A stretch of 63,926 nucleotides of DNA, filler included, from Hausera hauseri (GCA_046269625.1; 12 parts of 12 records of this genome joined end to end with filler, not necessarily neighbours in it); one strand, 5' to 3'. Positions 47,201 through 61,253 are shown, counted from the first letter of the whole stretch. Notes: generated from the sequence alone by a model not told the origin. Made by a program: numbers and translations.

Positions 47201-49196
47201 CCATCAACTATTCGAAATTGTGATTGCCAAGGTTTATCCGATAATTATTAAGAACGAACAAATCAATTTGGTGAATAAGAGTGTTCCATAATAATGACCA
47301 TTAGTTCATATTTCATGTAACATATTTCATATTGCGTAGATCGGCGAGTTTTACAAATTCTCCATCATAATCTATCACAATCCAATTTGTTACTGAAATG
47401 GACAAGCAATGGTACAACTGGAGTTATTTTCCTGAAGTACCATGGCAACCATTGTGAAGATTATCAATTATTTCTCCATCCAACATTACATCCAGTAGTT
47501 CGAATAATGATTTTGCCGAACTTTATACTCATTTAGTATATGTTATCAACGACGATCAGCAGCTTCTATTACTCTTGTTTAAGAGGAACAATTATTCGTA
47601 AAATGATGACCGAAACAACAGTAACGGATATTTTATCGGGTACCGAATACTTAGTTTATGTCATCCCCATCATGTCTGATGATACAGTTGGAGAAATCTA
47701 CGCCATGTTAATTAAAACAACAACAACATCGAGACTAACAGAAAAAATTGTTGGAAAATTTAATGTTTTCGAAAGATCAGAATTCGTCAACTTCTCTCAA
47801 TTAAAATGTAATTTCTAATTGATCTAATAATTTCTTTAGGGGTTGTTTACAAAGTTTTGTATGATTTTGTATTCTCGTATATAAATAGATAGAAGGGAAG
47901 ACATTGCCCCAACCCGCCCTACGGAAGTAAAGAAACGAAGTGGTTTGAGGATGAGTCATAGGGGTGGAAAAATGCTACACACGCACAGTTAATAGGGCTA
48001 AGATGGGTGGTGTATGTGTGTATGAGAAGCAAGTGTACTGCATGATTTTATGTAGGTATGAAAATTAGAATTTTGAGATACAATATTTTTTTAAATTTTC
48101 ATTTCAATATTGGTTGAGAGAATAAGAAATTCACTGTGCATTGAATGAAGTGCAAAACTTGTTTACTACAACATATGATTCAGCATATGTTGCACCAGAG
48201 ATATTGTTGGAAGTGATACGAAACAGATTGATTAATGTCAGTCCCATGATCGGTAAAATAATCAGAATGACAGAAGAATTGCAAAACAATCAGAAGGAAC
48301 TGAACAATGCAATTAATGACTTTACTAAATATGGTCAATGATTGTTGTANNNNNNNNNNNNNNNNNNNNNNNNNNNNNNNNNNNNNNNNNNNNTTAATTA
48401 ATTAANNNNNNNNNNNNNNNNNNNNNNNNNNNNNNNNNNNNNNNNNNNNTATGTGCGTGAGTGTGTGTGGAGGGGCAGTGTTAAAAAAATACCTTTACCT
48501 AATAAGGTTCAAAAAAGTTTCCAAATGATGTGTTTTTGATAAATGTATTGTATTTATCTGCTTATTTCTTCATTTGTCTTCTGGCATTTTCTTTCACAGT
48601 GCATCAGCTTTTATCTTTAGACGCCATCTGAAGGAAGATCAGACATTTGCTTGTTCAAATAGATCTGCTTTCTCACTTAATTCCCAGTTGGTTTCTCTCC
48701 ACATGGGTCTTTCTGCTATCCCCTACCTGCCTTCTTGTCTCCCCCTTTGTCTTTTTTGTCAGACATTCCTCTGAACACCGAGCTTTATCTGGGATCACTG
48801 AACATTTGTTTTTAAACTGCGCTGCGACTCGGCTGAAGCCTTGTCTTTGAGTTAGCAGCCCTGAAAGTTCAGGAACTTCACAAATACTCAATAATTTTAG
48901 AAAGCTGCTTGCTTATATATTAATACAACTGCGTACGTGACTGATTTATTCTTGGAATTATAATCAGTTTTAACTGAATTTTTCGGCATTTTCTGATTTA
49001 AAATTCGATATAAATTCAACGCTTTCTTCAAAAATTCTAAAAAATATACCAAATTATTGCTAAATTACTTCTTTAATTTTGTACAAATTCCTAAGTTTGT
49101 ACAATAATGGAAAATATCATAAAATAATAAATATTTACAATATGCTGCATATAATACTATTTGCAATTTTAGACGTCTTTTCAATATTGGACATCT

Positions 49197-49723
49197 TTAC
49201 GACATTTTTCCTCCCTGAGCGGCATCCTCAGATGTGCCCATTGCGTCAGGAGAGGTACCGCGATGACGGGGTTGTCGTAACATTTTCATACTTCTCCTTA
49301 GACTGGGTCCGGAGCTGGTACTTGGTTGGTTTTCTCTGGGGCTTGTTTCGAGTTCATAACTGTGATAGGGCTTTATTCTAACTATTCTAGTATAGCTACC
49401 GTTTGAGTAATATTTCAAGTCGGCAGCCTCGGCTCTGCACACAGGACAGGTGGTTTTTCCGTTATCCAACGTTTATTTTTCTAAGCAGTTTCTCAATATT
49501 TGTTCCGGCAATCGGGGTTATTTAGCACTACGTATCCCTGTTTCATATTTTCCTCGCATACTGGGCATTCATTTTCCTCCTTTTCCAAATTTTCGTCGTC
49601 TAAGTCAACTCTTAACATGATTTCTATGGGTTCTATTATTAACCCGTCTTTGTCCTGGTATAAATAATCAAAGATTCTCTTCTGCTTCGGATTTATGGAA
49701 CTCTTCTTGGGATCACATCCCAC
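49197..49723 (-). pseudogene. RING-finger protein remnant
   Basis: ECPVCEE.....VVL..PDC.NKY, then a frameshift into GKTTCPVCR. Confidence 0.7.
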
Positions 49724-50232
49724 GGGTATTAAAGTCCAATCGCTGATAGTGTCTCGATCTAAATCGGGAACTTCACCAGTCGATCAGTATTTTTGATATT
49801 GCTTCTTTAATAACAGCTTAATTGACTTATTAACGGGAACTAAAAGTTTACCATTTCGTCTGGACTGGAAAATCGGGGCAACGTATTTTCCGATCTTCGG
49901 ATTCTCCCAGACATTAGTGTTCTCGTATACTTGTCTGGTGGGCATTGATTTGACGAAAAACATCGCCTCTTTAATCCTTTGTTTACTATAGTACTGGGTC
50001 GCAATTAACATTCTAGGATAATCTTCCGTAGTGGCATAATATATCTTTTTCGTAGAGTTCTTCTTCCGTAATGCATTTATTTCTGTTTTTTGTTTCTTCT
50101 GTTTACTTGGGTTTCTCGTAGATTTCTCAACATGGGACTGTATAGTTAATTTTGATGGTTCTTCGGCTTGTATTCTTGGTTTGTCTGTTCGCTTTGGTTT
50201 TGGATTCCTATCGTCTGATTTGCGTCCTTCTT

Positions 50233-51216
50233 TTAGTCCCTTTTTTCTTCTTTAGTTCTTTTCTTGAATAAATAATTGAAGAAGGAGGTTTTTCTTTTAG
50301 CTGTCTTTCCAGTCTCGATTTCTGAAATTCTATCTTTTTCTTCTAAATATTTCCGAGGAATTTCGGGTACCTTGAATGGATTTTCATTGGTTGTGATGTC
50401 ATAACTTGTACTGGGTTTCTCGTTGGTTTGCCATTTGTCTTCTGTTTTTTCTGTTTTCAATCCCTGGATGATTATTTGGTAGTTCCATTTCGGCGTAATC
50501 TCGACATTTCTTGGTGGTGAGTAAAAACGGAAGTGTTTTCTGTATCGTGTGCTGATTCCTTCAAGCTTGGGAAAATTCCGTAGGTTCTGTCCGGGGTTAT
50601 TGGGAATCCATTCACGTTCCCACTTTAATCCCGCATTTCTATTTGTTAGGTATTTGGATCGTTGACTAGCGGTCAATAGTCGGCTTATCTTTATATTTCC
50701 TCCAGTAATGGCCTCTATCATTAGCTTAAATCGACCTTTAACGGTCGGTGGTAGATGACCCTTCTTCTCTTTGACTTTGATTTCCATTTGTCCCATAACA
50801 GTCGGGTGGGTTTCTATCTCTCTCACTGCGGCTATGTGCGTTACCGGTATGGTTAATTTTTTTATTATCCTCTCTATTTGATAACCCACTAAGACGTATC
50901 CGTAGAGGCATGGTACTACTTCTTGTTGCACTAACTTGGAATCTTTTCCGTGATTTAATTGCTCTCTTTTAATCCCGGTAACTTCCGCATAAGTTTCTAG
51001 TACTTTCTTTCTCGGGTTAATGATTTTCGAATAGACTTCGGTCCCGTTTTCTTCTCGGATGGATATTTCGATTGGAATATAGTTTCCTTCTTCTCCTTCT
51101 CCATAGTTCATTGCGGCGATCCTGATATTCCTGTCATCGGTTACCAATCTAAACGAATGTAGATGTACGTCCTGTTCTTCTTCAGTGGGCCTTTGCCTAA
51201 ACTCTAAGGACGGCAA
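50233..51216 (-). CDS. REX4/ISG20-like DEDDh exonuclease-fold protein, catalytic residues degenerate
   Basis: ISI...NG..VYSKIINP..KV..TY.EVTGI..EQL..G.....VQQEV...L.G.VLVGY.I follows the REX4 consensus. The Exo I DxE motif reads AMNYGE. Confidence 0.7.
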   Translation of the reverse strand: MPSLEFRQRPTEEEQDVHLHSFRLVTDDRNIRIAAMNYGEGEEGNYIPIEISIREENGTEVYSKIINPRKKVLETYAEVTGIKREQLNHGKDSKLVQQEVVPCLYGYVLVGYQIERIIKKLTIPVTHIAAVREIETHPTVMGQMEIKVKEKKGHLPPTVKGRFKLMIEAITGGNIKISRLLTASQRSKYLTNRNAGLKWEREWIPNNPGQNLRNFPKLEGISTRYRKHFRFYSPPRNVEITPKWNYQIIIQGLKTEKTEDKWQTNEKPSTSYDITTNENPFKVPEIPRKYLEEKDRISEIETGKTAKRKTSFFNYLFKKRTKEEKRD

Positions 51217-51452
51217 TCAGATGGGTATTGTTTCCGCTTCCGTTATTTCGACCATTATTTTCGCAGATAAGGCGGCTACACGAAATTCCAGCTCGTAGTT
51301 ATGGAAATTCCGACTGTCGAATACAAACGTGCTAAACCTCTCTACCTTCCTTGGAAAGAGTCCCATTTTTGGTCTTTTAGCCGATAATAAATTTCCCCGT
51401 AGGCCAAATGTACATATATCTTCTGTTCCTTATTCATTTGGTACTGGGTGAT

Positions 51453-52115
51453 CTATTGAAAAGGGTATGCTCTGGAGTTTTTATCCTCTCTCCAGGCATA
51501 TAAATATATAGCTCTGGCCTCTTCGGACGTTCCTTTCAAACCGTTTGGTATCTCGCCAACTTTTCCGTATTGAACGAAGTTTTTTCCTTGTAACTCTGTA
51601 TTGATTTGCCGATAGATGGCCTTTGAATTCGGAATCCGTACGGTTACATATTGCTGCAAGAATTTGTCGATACTAAGTCGACTCGTAGCTTCCTCGATGT
51701 CGATTCTAAGTCGGCTCAGGTTCATCTGGTTCTGATTACTTACCAATCTGAAAATGAGAATATAAAGGTTAATTTTAAAACAAAGGATGGTCTTAAACCA
51801 AAACCAATTCTTTGTTTGATGACAGAATAACCTGAGCTCTAGTTGACAGGTTATTTTATCATAAGGGTCTAAAGGGTCCTCCAGTTCCCTTAGTTCCCAT
51901 TCTGAATTTTTATGACGCTTAGAATAGCAGTTTTTGGCAACTAGTCGAAAAATCGCAATTAATATAATTAGAATAAACGTTGACAGTACAAAAATGGATA
52001 CGATCGATAAGGTGGTTAATCTTCTTGGTGCCTGTGTGGTAACTGGAGTTGTTACTTCATCGTCAATATTTTCATTTGTATGCGATTCGGCACGAATTTC
52101 GTCTAAGGTGCGCAA
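51453..52115 (-). CDS. Putative single-pass membrane protein segment of the same element
   Basis: A Thr-rich stalk, a TM helix (LSIVSIFVLSTFILIILIAIFRLV) and a basic stop-transfer. Upstream 52140-53063 is a decayed Cys-rich, Thr-rich region on the same strand. Confidence 0.5.
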   Translation of the reverse strand: MRTLDEIRAESHTNENIDDEVTTPVTTQAPRRLTTLSIVSIFVLSTFILIILIAIFRLVAKNCYSKRHKNSEWELRELEDPLDPYDKITCQLELRLFCHQTKNWFWFKTILCFKINLYILIFRLVSNQNQMNLSRLRIDIEEATSRLSIDKFLQQYVTVRIPNSKAIYRQINTELQGKNFVQYGKVGEIPNGLKGTSEEARAIYLYAWREDKNSRAYPFQ

Positions 52116-53163
52116 TGTAATCGTTTGGTTTTGTTAATCCTCTGCATATATTTGTACTATATAATCAGATTGCGGTTTTAACAGACTGCACTCGGTCTGA
52201 CAAGTGTTTTTAAATAGCGTCACGATTTGATTATTATTTGTTGTTCGACAACTTATGTATATATTGTAGCTTTGTTTTTCCTCCACAAAGAACAAAATTT
52301 TAGATCGATGCGCCTAATATTTAATAGGTACACTTCCTAATTTTCTTTCAGGCACGCTGCTCGACGTAGCGGGTCTCGTAGTGGTACTGACTCGAGTCGT
52401 CTGCCTTTTGGTGGTTGTTTGTATTGGAATCCTCTATTTTCTATTCTTTGGATAGTAAGTCCGCAAATTTTTGCTCGGTTTATTCGGTCTTACTTCATAT
52501 AAGTCAAATTTTATTTTGAATTTTTGGTTTACTGGTAGCTTACAGCATGGGCGTTGCATACCGGCATGAACAAAACAGTAATTTATTCTCGAGGTTTTCC
52601 CGTTCATTGCCTCAAAAAATACTGATTTCTTGGTTCACAGTTAATCCCATTCGAGTATCTATTTGAATACATTGTTTTTCCTTATTGATTGTGATCCCTT
52701 TAAGGTTTTCATCTAATATTCGTATATTTGGATCGGTACTTCAAATTACTTCATCCGTTTTAGCTTGACTTGTTTCGTTTTGACTCGGCGTAACTATGTT
52801 GAGCTTGGTAGGTATGCGGGTTTGAATGCCATGTATATTATAATAATTCATTGCAGTTCATATGTATACGTTCGTCCAAAATTTAACATACAACACCTTC
52901 TCTTTGTTCCATATGGAAATTTGCACATCTTTACAGCAGCATTACTTAGGTCTATGAATACTATTTGAAGTTTTGCATGGCTTCTAACAGGGTCATCTCT
53001 CTTAAACCAAACGCACGGTTTTTCCCCATACGCGCCATAGGCTTTTATTGATTTTAAATTTTGNNNNNNNNNNNNNNNNNNNNNNNNNNNNNNNNNNNNN
53101 NNNNNNNTTAATTAATTAANNNNNNNNNNNNNNNNNNNNNNNNNNNNNNNNNNNNNNNNNNNN

Positions 53164-54548
53164 CATGAATTAGGGTATTGTATTACCCGAAAGGAGCTCC
53201 TGGCAATATATTACTTTTGCCAACATTTCAAACACTACCTGTACGGCAGACGATTTACACTCCGAACCGACCACAAGGCCATTACCTTTATGCTGACAAT
53301 AAAGAAGGCAATTACACCACAATTTCAGATGTGGATTAACTTTCTGAGCAGTCTGGATATCAAGATGGAGTATAGAAAAGGCCTGCTCTGCGGAAATGCT
53401 GACGCAATGTCACGAAATGAATGTAGAGAATGCGCCCAATGCAAGCTGACTCACGAGGATGCCAAAAAAGAAAATAAAAACAAAGCTTCTATCTGTACTC
53501 TCAAATTCAGACGACTTCATCTGGCAAACGAACGATGACGAAGCCACTGCCGATGGCAGCGATACAAACTACAAAATCAAGGACAACCGGGTCCTCACAT
53601 TCGAAGGTAAAATATGGATACCCAACAGGTGAAGAGAAAAGTTCATCGAAGAGATAAACAAGTCGTTGTGCCACGCGGGGAACATGAAGACGTACCAATA
53701 CCTGAAAAACACTTTTGATATGGATAATTTCGCCACAAGGTGCAAGGCAATGATACAAAGATGTAAGAGCTGTCAGACAATGAAAACGTTAACCACAAGA
53801 ACGAAGGCACCGACCATCGTACATAAAACAGAAGGCATATTTGAAGAAATATTAATGGACTTTTGTGGGCCGTTCGACCCACCAGTCAGGAATCAGAGAT
53901 ATATACTAGCGATCGTAGACCATTTCAGCAAATACGTATTACTGACAACAGGATGGAGCCACAACGTTAGAAGTACTAGAAAAGAAATGGATCATGAAAT
54001 TCGGTGCTCCCCGAATACTATGCCTTGATCGCGGGAAGACATTTACTTTAGAAAGCATGAAAACGTTTGCCAAGAGAAACAACATGACGCTCCAGTTTTC
54101 AATTCCTTACCATCACTCAGTAAATGGAATGATCGAAAGAGAGTTCAAAACGATAAGGGAATATATCGGTGCTACGCTGGCAGATGGCCGGAAAAGCAAC
54201 TGGGTTCTTCTAGTCTCTGACGAAGAATTCGTGCTAAACTCTACTGAACAAAACACAGCTGGGGTGAGCCCAGCAGAAGTTGTATTTGGCAGGAAGATAT
54301 GTGAAGAATGGTATGTGCCCCCACCAACATCACGTCGAGACTGTTGGGAAAAAGTCACTGAACGTCAAAATGCCAAGATATACGCCAACAAGAACACCAT
54401 AGTGCGCGAATTCAATATCGGAGACTGGGTACTAGTAAAGAAAGAAAATAGGAAAAAGAATGAAGCAAAATACGAAGGACCAATGAAAATAATAGAGAAA
54501 CGCCACGACAGAAGCTATACGTTGGAAAGAGATAATGGTACGACGTGA
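53164..54548 (+). mobile_element. Gypsy RNase H-integrase fragment, different family
   Basis: YCITRKELLAIYYF..HF.HYLYGRRF.LRTDHKAI, NADAMSR, H....C.SC, MDFCGP, VDHFSKY, DRG..F, NGMIER and YEGP. Confidence 0.9.
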
Positions 54549-54549
54549 G

Positions 54550-57500
54550 GAGGTGGTGGAAGGCTTGAAAGTGCAAAATCGTATGGGAAGAAAGAGGGTG
54601 AAGTGTGAGAAGAAATTGAAGTGGAAGTTGTACGGGAAAATGTAGGCAAAAGTGGATTAAGAAACTGAGCAGAGATGGAAGGTGGATTGGTAGATTGCTG
54701 CGCGTCGTGTAAAGATGTTGGTAGAGAAATGGTTTTGATGGAAGACGTATCGTCCATGCAAAAGGCCGGTTACTTCTTTGCTGTCTTTGCTAATGATGAT
54801 GTTGTGGGAGTGCAAGCGAATTACTTTGTAAGGGCCGACATACCGAGGTTAAAAGCCACACGGCGTATGATTCTTTAGCCATACGAACTTGGCAGTATAT
54901 AAATCGTCGGGTATGTAGGGTTTGTTTGCGTGTAACAATCTCCAAAAAATGAGTTTTCGCTGATCTCAACGAAGTGTCTCTGTACCGCTTGTATGGTTTC
55001 GTCTGTAGGAGTATTGTTCGGCTAAGTTAGTTCGAATAATGATTTAATAGAAGTGTCAAATAATGCTTCTGCAGGTAAACAGCTTGTAGAAGTTGAAGGT
55101 GTGTTCCTCCAACCAAGAAGAACTCACGGAAGGAGTGTGGTCCAACTGCGATTGGACTCAGCAAGAATTTTGAGAGACGTTTTCATTGTGCGGTAAAAGC
55201 GTTCGAGAAGACCGTTCGATTAGGGATGATATAGTGATGTGTGAATGTGGTTTATTCCCAATCGATTGACAAGAGCTTTAAACAGGTTGGATTCGAACTG
55301 TGGACCTTGGTCCGAAATGATGTGGCGAGATGACTCAAACCTGCTGATCCAAGTGCGGATGAAAGCGTCTGCGATGGTTTCTGTGTTGGTGCTTCGAAGC
55401 GGGACAGCTTTCGACCATCGCGAGGAACTGTCCATCATTGTAAGGATGAACTAATGACCGTTGTCTAAGGGTAATTGGCATACGAGGTCAATGTGTACAG
55501 ATTTGAAACGAGACGTGCAGGGAAATGATATAGTGGTGGCTTTAGATGCTTAGTAACTTTGTATTTTTCGCATGCCACACACTGCCTAACCCATGCCTGC
55601 ACGTCAGAGCGCATCGACGGCCATACTACTTGGCGTTGTACGTGGCGAAAAGTGGCCTTGGCACCAGGATGCTGCAACGAATGTACGCTGTAAAACGCTT
55701 CCTTTTAAAGCGACTCAAAAAGAAAGATTTTGGGATTATTAGGTTTGGAGGTGTCAAAGGCCACGCCATCGATAGTTTTGCAAGACTTAAAAGATTTCAG
55801 GACGTCAGGAGGTGGCTGGTTTTGCCGAAGTTTGAACTGAGGAAAAATTGGAGTAAAATCAATCGAGCTTACCGATCTCGACAAAAAGTTGGCTACTTAA
55901 TTGTCGACTCCGTTTAAATGCTCAATTTGAAAACTAAATGTTGACAAATATGATATTTGCATCTCCTGACGTGTAGAAGGCGATTTGATGGTGCGAATTT
56001 GGAGCAATAACTTGTAGTCCGTTTGTATTGTGAAAGTTCGTGCAGTTACCAAATGTTTGAAATGTTTTAGGGCAAGGCCCATTGTAAGCAATTCTCGGTC
56101 AAAGGTGGAATATCTTTGCTCTTGTGCTGTGAATTTTTGAGAAAAGGATTGCAGTGGCTTATGGGATCCATTTTTAACTTGATGGAGGACAGCACCTGCA
56201 GCTGTTGTGGATGCGTCGATGGTTAAAAAACGTTCTGCATGGGGGTCTGGATACGCCAGGATTTCCACAGTTTTCAAATTGTCTTTGATGCGATCGAAAG
56301 CATTGACTAGATCGGCGGTCCATTGAATAGGCTGCTTCTTCTTGCCAGAGCTTAGTGATGCAAATGGAGCGATTAGAGTGGAGCAATGTGGAACGTGTTT
56401 ATGAATAAAGTGCAAGGTTCCAAGGAAAGAACGCATTTCTGTTGATGTACGTGGAAGCTGTATGTTTTTGAGCTGTGTGATCGCTCTGGCTGAAGTGAAT
56501 GTCCAGAGAAGCTAATAACATGACCTAGGAAGTTGACCTTACCTTGAAAAAAGAGCATTTGGAGAAATTAATTTGCAAATTGTTTTGGTGGAAGAGCTGG
56601 AATATTAAACGTAAGTGCTCGGAGTGTTGTTTCGAGGAAGATGATGCAATAAGGACATCATCGATATGAGGATAAGCAAAGTCTAAACCGGAGATAACTG
56701 TATCAATATACCTTTGGAAGGTCTGGGAAGCGCTACGGGGTCCAAAAGGCATAAAAGAGTATTCGAAAAGGCCGAAAGGAGTAATGACAGCCATTTTGGG
56801 AATGTCTGCTTGGGCCACCGGAATTTTGCTTTGTGCAAATCAGTGCAGGAAAAAATGGTCCAAACATTGAGCCTGTGAAGGATATCGTTGATTAATGGTA
56901 GAGGGTCGGCACCCATTGTTGTTATAATGTTGAGTTGGCGGTAATCACCGCATGGGTAAAAGGTACCATCTTTTTTGGAACCACATGTAGTGGTGAAGAC
57001 CAAGGGGATTTGGAGCTTCTGATTATTATTGATTTTTCCATTTCGAGAAACTCAGCCTCCACTGCCTGTCTGCGGCGAGGCGATAGCGGGCGGACCTTTA
57101 GACGTATTGGTCTTTGATGTGCTGTTACTATGTGATTGAAAATGGATTGAGGTTATACGAATGATTTGTCCTTTTGCAACAGACGCGTGCAGGAGGACGA
57201 AATGTATTGATGTAAATTAGAAGGCAACGATGACAAATTATCCGATGATGTCGATGCATCGTGACTGGATGCAGTTGAGGTATGCGCTGTAGACAAAGTG
57301 TTGCGACTAGGTGGTATTTGGTGCAGGATATTCATGTTGAAGATGGTGTTGGCAGCTGTACTATCAATATTATGTGCCACGCAGTTGGCAATATCGTATT
57401 TGTTGCCGTAATAAAAAATTCTGTATAATGAATGATTATAAAAATAATTTAGATCGGAAGTCGTTTTTTTTAGTATTGATTTGCTGGAAGCGATCGCCCG

Positions 57501-59020
57501 GATGATCACCGAAATACCGCTAATTTGATTAAAATTATTTCTGCTCTTTAAGGAACATCGTTTGCAGTATACAAGTAAACTGTAGTGGGACAGAAAGACT
57601 GAACCCAATATAGGAGTGCGTACATTGGCTACTGTAAATTTCTAAGTAAATGTGTTTCGGAAATTTGGAAGTGTAAAAGTTAATTTAGTAACACCAAAAT
57701 TTCGTATAGGTTCACCGGACACAGTGAACAGTTGCTTTTTTGAAGTGAAAATGTTTTGGATGTGCTGTGTTGGTGGTAGTAAAGATGTTGCTGCGCCAGT
57801 ATCTATGAGAAAATTAATGTTTTGTTTTGTTGGAGTGAAAACTGCTGCTTCCAACGTGAATACAGCAAAAGAAATGTGTCGGCTATCTTTTTGTAGGTTG
57901 TTGCCTTTGCTAGAACTTGCCGTGTGTCCTAGCGGCGAAATCAGTTTTTTGTAGCTGGTAAGTTTGGCCTGCTATTTGGTGTGGGTTTAATAGTGTTGAT
58001 TTTATTGTGCCTGTTGTAGTTACAGCCAGGTAGGCATTTATGTGCTTTTGTTCTAAATTTTGCGTGATAGATGCAAACGATGTTGCTTGTATTAAAATCG
58101 GGGAGTAAAATTTACAGCCGAAGCAGCATTTCTGAGCATTGTTACCAAATTTGTTGTGGTAGTAGCAAATGGACGACCGCGCGGGCCAAGGCGACCGTCT
58201 TTGTCGTTGATGAAATACATTAGGAGAAGCATCCCTAGAAAAACCTCGTCGAGGTAGCGTTAACTCATTTAATTTCTCGTTTATGTTATTAATTGTTTTT
58301 TTGCAAAATTTCGTTGTCTGTGCATAATTGCTCAATTTTTTGATGCAGCATTGCATTTTGTTGTTGGTGGTTGTTGTTCATTCCGCCGAGACAGTTAGTG
58401 CTGTGTGTGAGTGCAGCACTTCATAGACTTTTTCCGCCAATTCGGCTAACTTTTCCACTGCCATGGAGTTTTCTACCACAGTGAGCAAAGCTCTTATTTG
58501 AAGGGGCAATGTGTTTAAAAAGTAACGACGAAGAAGTTCTGGATTATGCTCATATGTTACGCCAAGGGTATTGAGGTGAGACAAACATTTGCGCAAGAAT
58601 TCAGAAGGCTTCTGAAGGTCCATGGCGTTGTCATTGACAAACCTTTGAATGATGGAATCGATTGACGGCTCAGTAAGCTTAAGTATGGCATTATAAAGTT
58701 GAGCATATGGATCGGTGTGGTGAAGGATGTCGATGATGTTTGTAATTTTGGTTTTGATAGAAACAGGTAAATGAAAAAACAGGCTGTTGGCTTTGGATAA
58801 GGGGTTGATGACATTTTGTGATTGGAGCCAGAATTGGTGCCGTTTTAGCCATGTTTGGGTAGAATTTTGGCCATCGATGAAATATTCTGTGCAGGGTGAA
58901 TAAGTAGAAAGTGTGTTCTGTGTCGAAGTGTTTGAAACAGTTTGTTTAGGTATGTAAGCGATAAAGATAGGTAATTTGGTGGATTTGTCCGTGGTATCGA
59001 TGGTGGGTGACGAATACATG
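54550..59020 (-). mobile_element. Decayed Gypsy gag-pol (CsRn1-like CHCC gag), same family as 15545..19230
   Basis: gag CYYHNKFGNNAQKC..GC, FLIDTGAA, PCGDYRQLN, MPFG, HIDD, MRSFLGTLHF, RYSTFDRELL, SDQGPQFES and NGLLERF. Confidence 0.93.
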
Positions 59021-61253
59021 CAACCACGGATGCAGAAGTGTATGTGAAGGCAGATGTAAGATGAAGAAGATTTCAGGGTTCCAACGAGAGGTACCGTGCA
59101 GCCGTGGTGTGTGAGGTAAAAGTCAGTTGTGCGAAGAAAAGTGGAGATAACGTTGTTGATGGCAGCAGTGCTTAAGTGTGTAACTGCATTTGTGCAAATG
59201 TGTTTGTTATTTAGAAATAATAAAAGGATGTACAGGGAAATCGTGTGGCCGGGGGCGTGTAGTGGGGCGGCAGAGAACGGTGCCGTCTGACCCAGTGATA
59301 TAGGGTGGGTGGCCGGGGCTTCAACCTCGCCGTGACGGGCCGCAAAGTGCGGGGTAGCGGAGTTTCATGCCTGCAGCCCATTTTTGAAAATCGGTCTACT
59401 GATTTTTTCCGTGAGTTTTATTGGGATTTGGCCGGTCTCCCATGGACTAACCAAAATCAAATTGCCACCGTATAAAGTGAAATACAAGAGGTTGTCCCAT
59501 GTTGCGTTGTTAATACTTGTAGATTTAACAGTAACGTTTTGAATGGTAACAAGATTGTGTTTGACCAATTCATCAAGTTGTTTAAGCAAAGGATTACATT
59601 CCGGTTTCGGTTCGACGCCTAAATTATAATTGGCCGCCGAAACATTTAGAAATTGCAAGAAATACGTATTAACTAAATTCCTGAAAAAACTACATAAGTT
59701 CGACAGAATTACCAAAGCATATTCATTCGGTGACGATTTAATACAATTTGGCAAATCAGCCAGTGGTGATCCAACGGAACTATCGGTNNNNNNNNNNNNN
59801 NNNNNNNNNNNNNNNNNNNNNNNNNNNNNNNTTAATTAATTAANNNNNNNNNNNNNNNNNNNNNNNNNNNNNNNNNNNNNNNNNNNNATAAACATTCAGC
59901 ATAAACTTGCAATAGAAAACTTCGATACGCGAAAAGCTACTTAAAGCGAAATTGAAATTTATACAGTATACGAGCCAACAACTAACTCAATTGTTGAAAG
60001 AAGGTTATAAAACAGCTACATAAATGGCAGAAAGAAATACTAATGATGAAGGAGCTTCTACAGAAATTGTTGGTAATAATTACATTTATTTGTCTGCTGC
60101 CAAATTTTTATTATTGATGTTGTATGTTTTGTCATGAAATAAATTTTATTAAAAAAATTAATCATATAGAAAGATGCATTGTTATCAAATGCAGATTGAA
60201 TTGACTTACAGGAAATGTCCGAGCAGAAGATTTTTAATTAGTACCGAGGTTACGCTCATTGACAAAAGAAAGAGAGTTGATCAATGCGACAACGTATATA
60301 ATTTCAGAGGAGAAAATAACAAATCTGATATCTTCGTGAACTTTGCATTTTTGTGATAACATACGTAGGCCGGATCAATATTAATGTGTTGCCACGTATG
60401 AGCGGTTACAGGGACCGAATGATTGATTGTGTGATTTACTTATTGGACAGAGATATCATTCGTATGTGATTTTTAGATGGATTGATGATGGCATATACAA
60501 AAGGGGACGTAGTGAAATACATGCGAATCGTTAGTAATATTATCAGATATAATGTAATCGATTAAATCGTTGATCAATAACGTGTTCATAACCTTGTGTG
60601 AAAGTATTTGGAAGAAAGATGGAAATGTATTATCATGTTCTTTTGTTGTGTTATTGCGTATTTTATATTTGATAATTGAAATTTCATGATAAAGCGGGTT
60701 TACGTGATAAGGATAATTAGTGTTTAAATTAATAGTGTAGTGAATGATAGTGAAATATTGTTAAGAAAACATCATTCAAAATCGTTATAAATGTGAAATT
60801 ATCTTGAATATTCTAGAAAAGGATGAAGGGATTGTAATGAAAATAACTAATTAAATATTAGAAGTATATATATAATTGTTGTTAAAGGATGGCAGAAAGG
60901 GAGTATTTAAAAATTATTTCATTATATAGAAATGGATATACCAGTTATGACATACAGCAGTTCATGAAATATGAAGAATAATTGACATATGGGAGAATTT
61001 GGATCAATAGCATTGCCGGTAGTTAAGAGCGATTAATTCATATGAATATTGAAACTAAGTATTGACTGGTATGGAACAAAGTTACAGGTATAATTTACTA
61101 ATCTAATGGAATCCAATCAGTGTATGTCAAAGGTAAACATAGTAGGGTTAAGAATATGCTAGAGAAAGTAATTACTTTATGTAGAAGTAGATTGTTGGAT
61201 GAAAGACATGTCAATTTGACTTTAGCACAGTAAGATATTGAGATATTGGTGAA

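Noticed and set aside
59365-59787. Open minus-strand frame of unknown function
   Set aside because: It is truncated by the contig end and has no recognisable motif.
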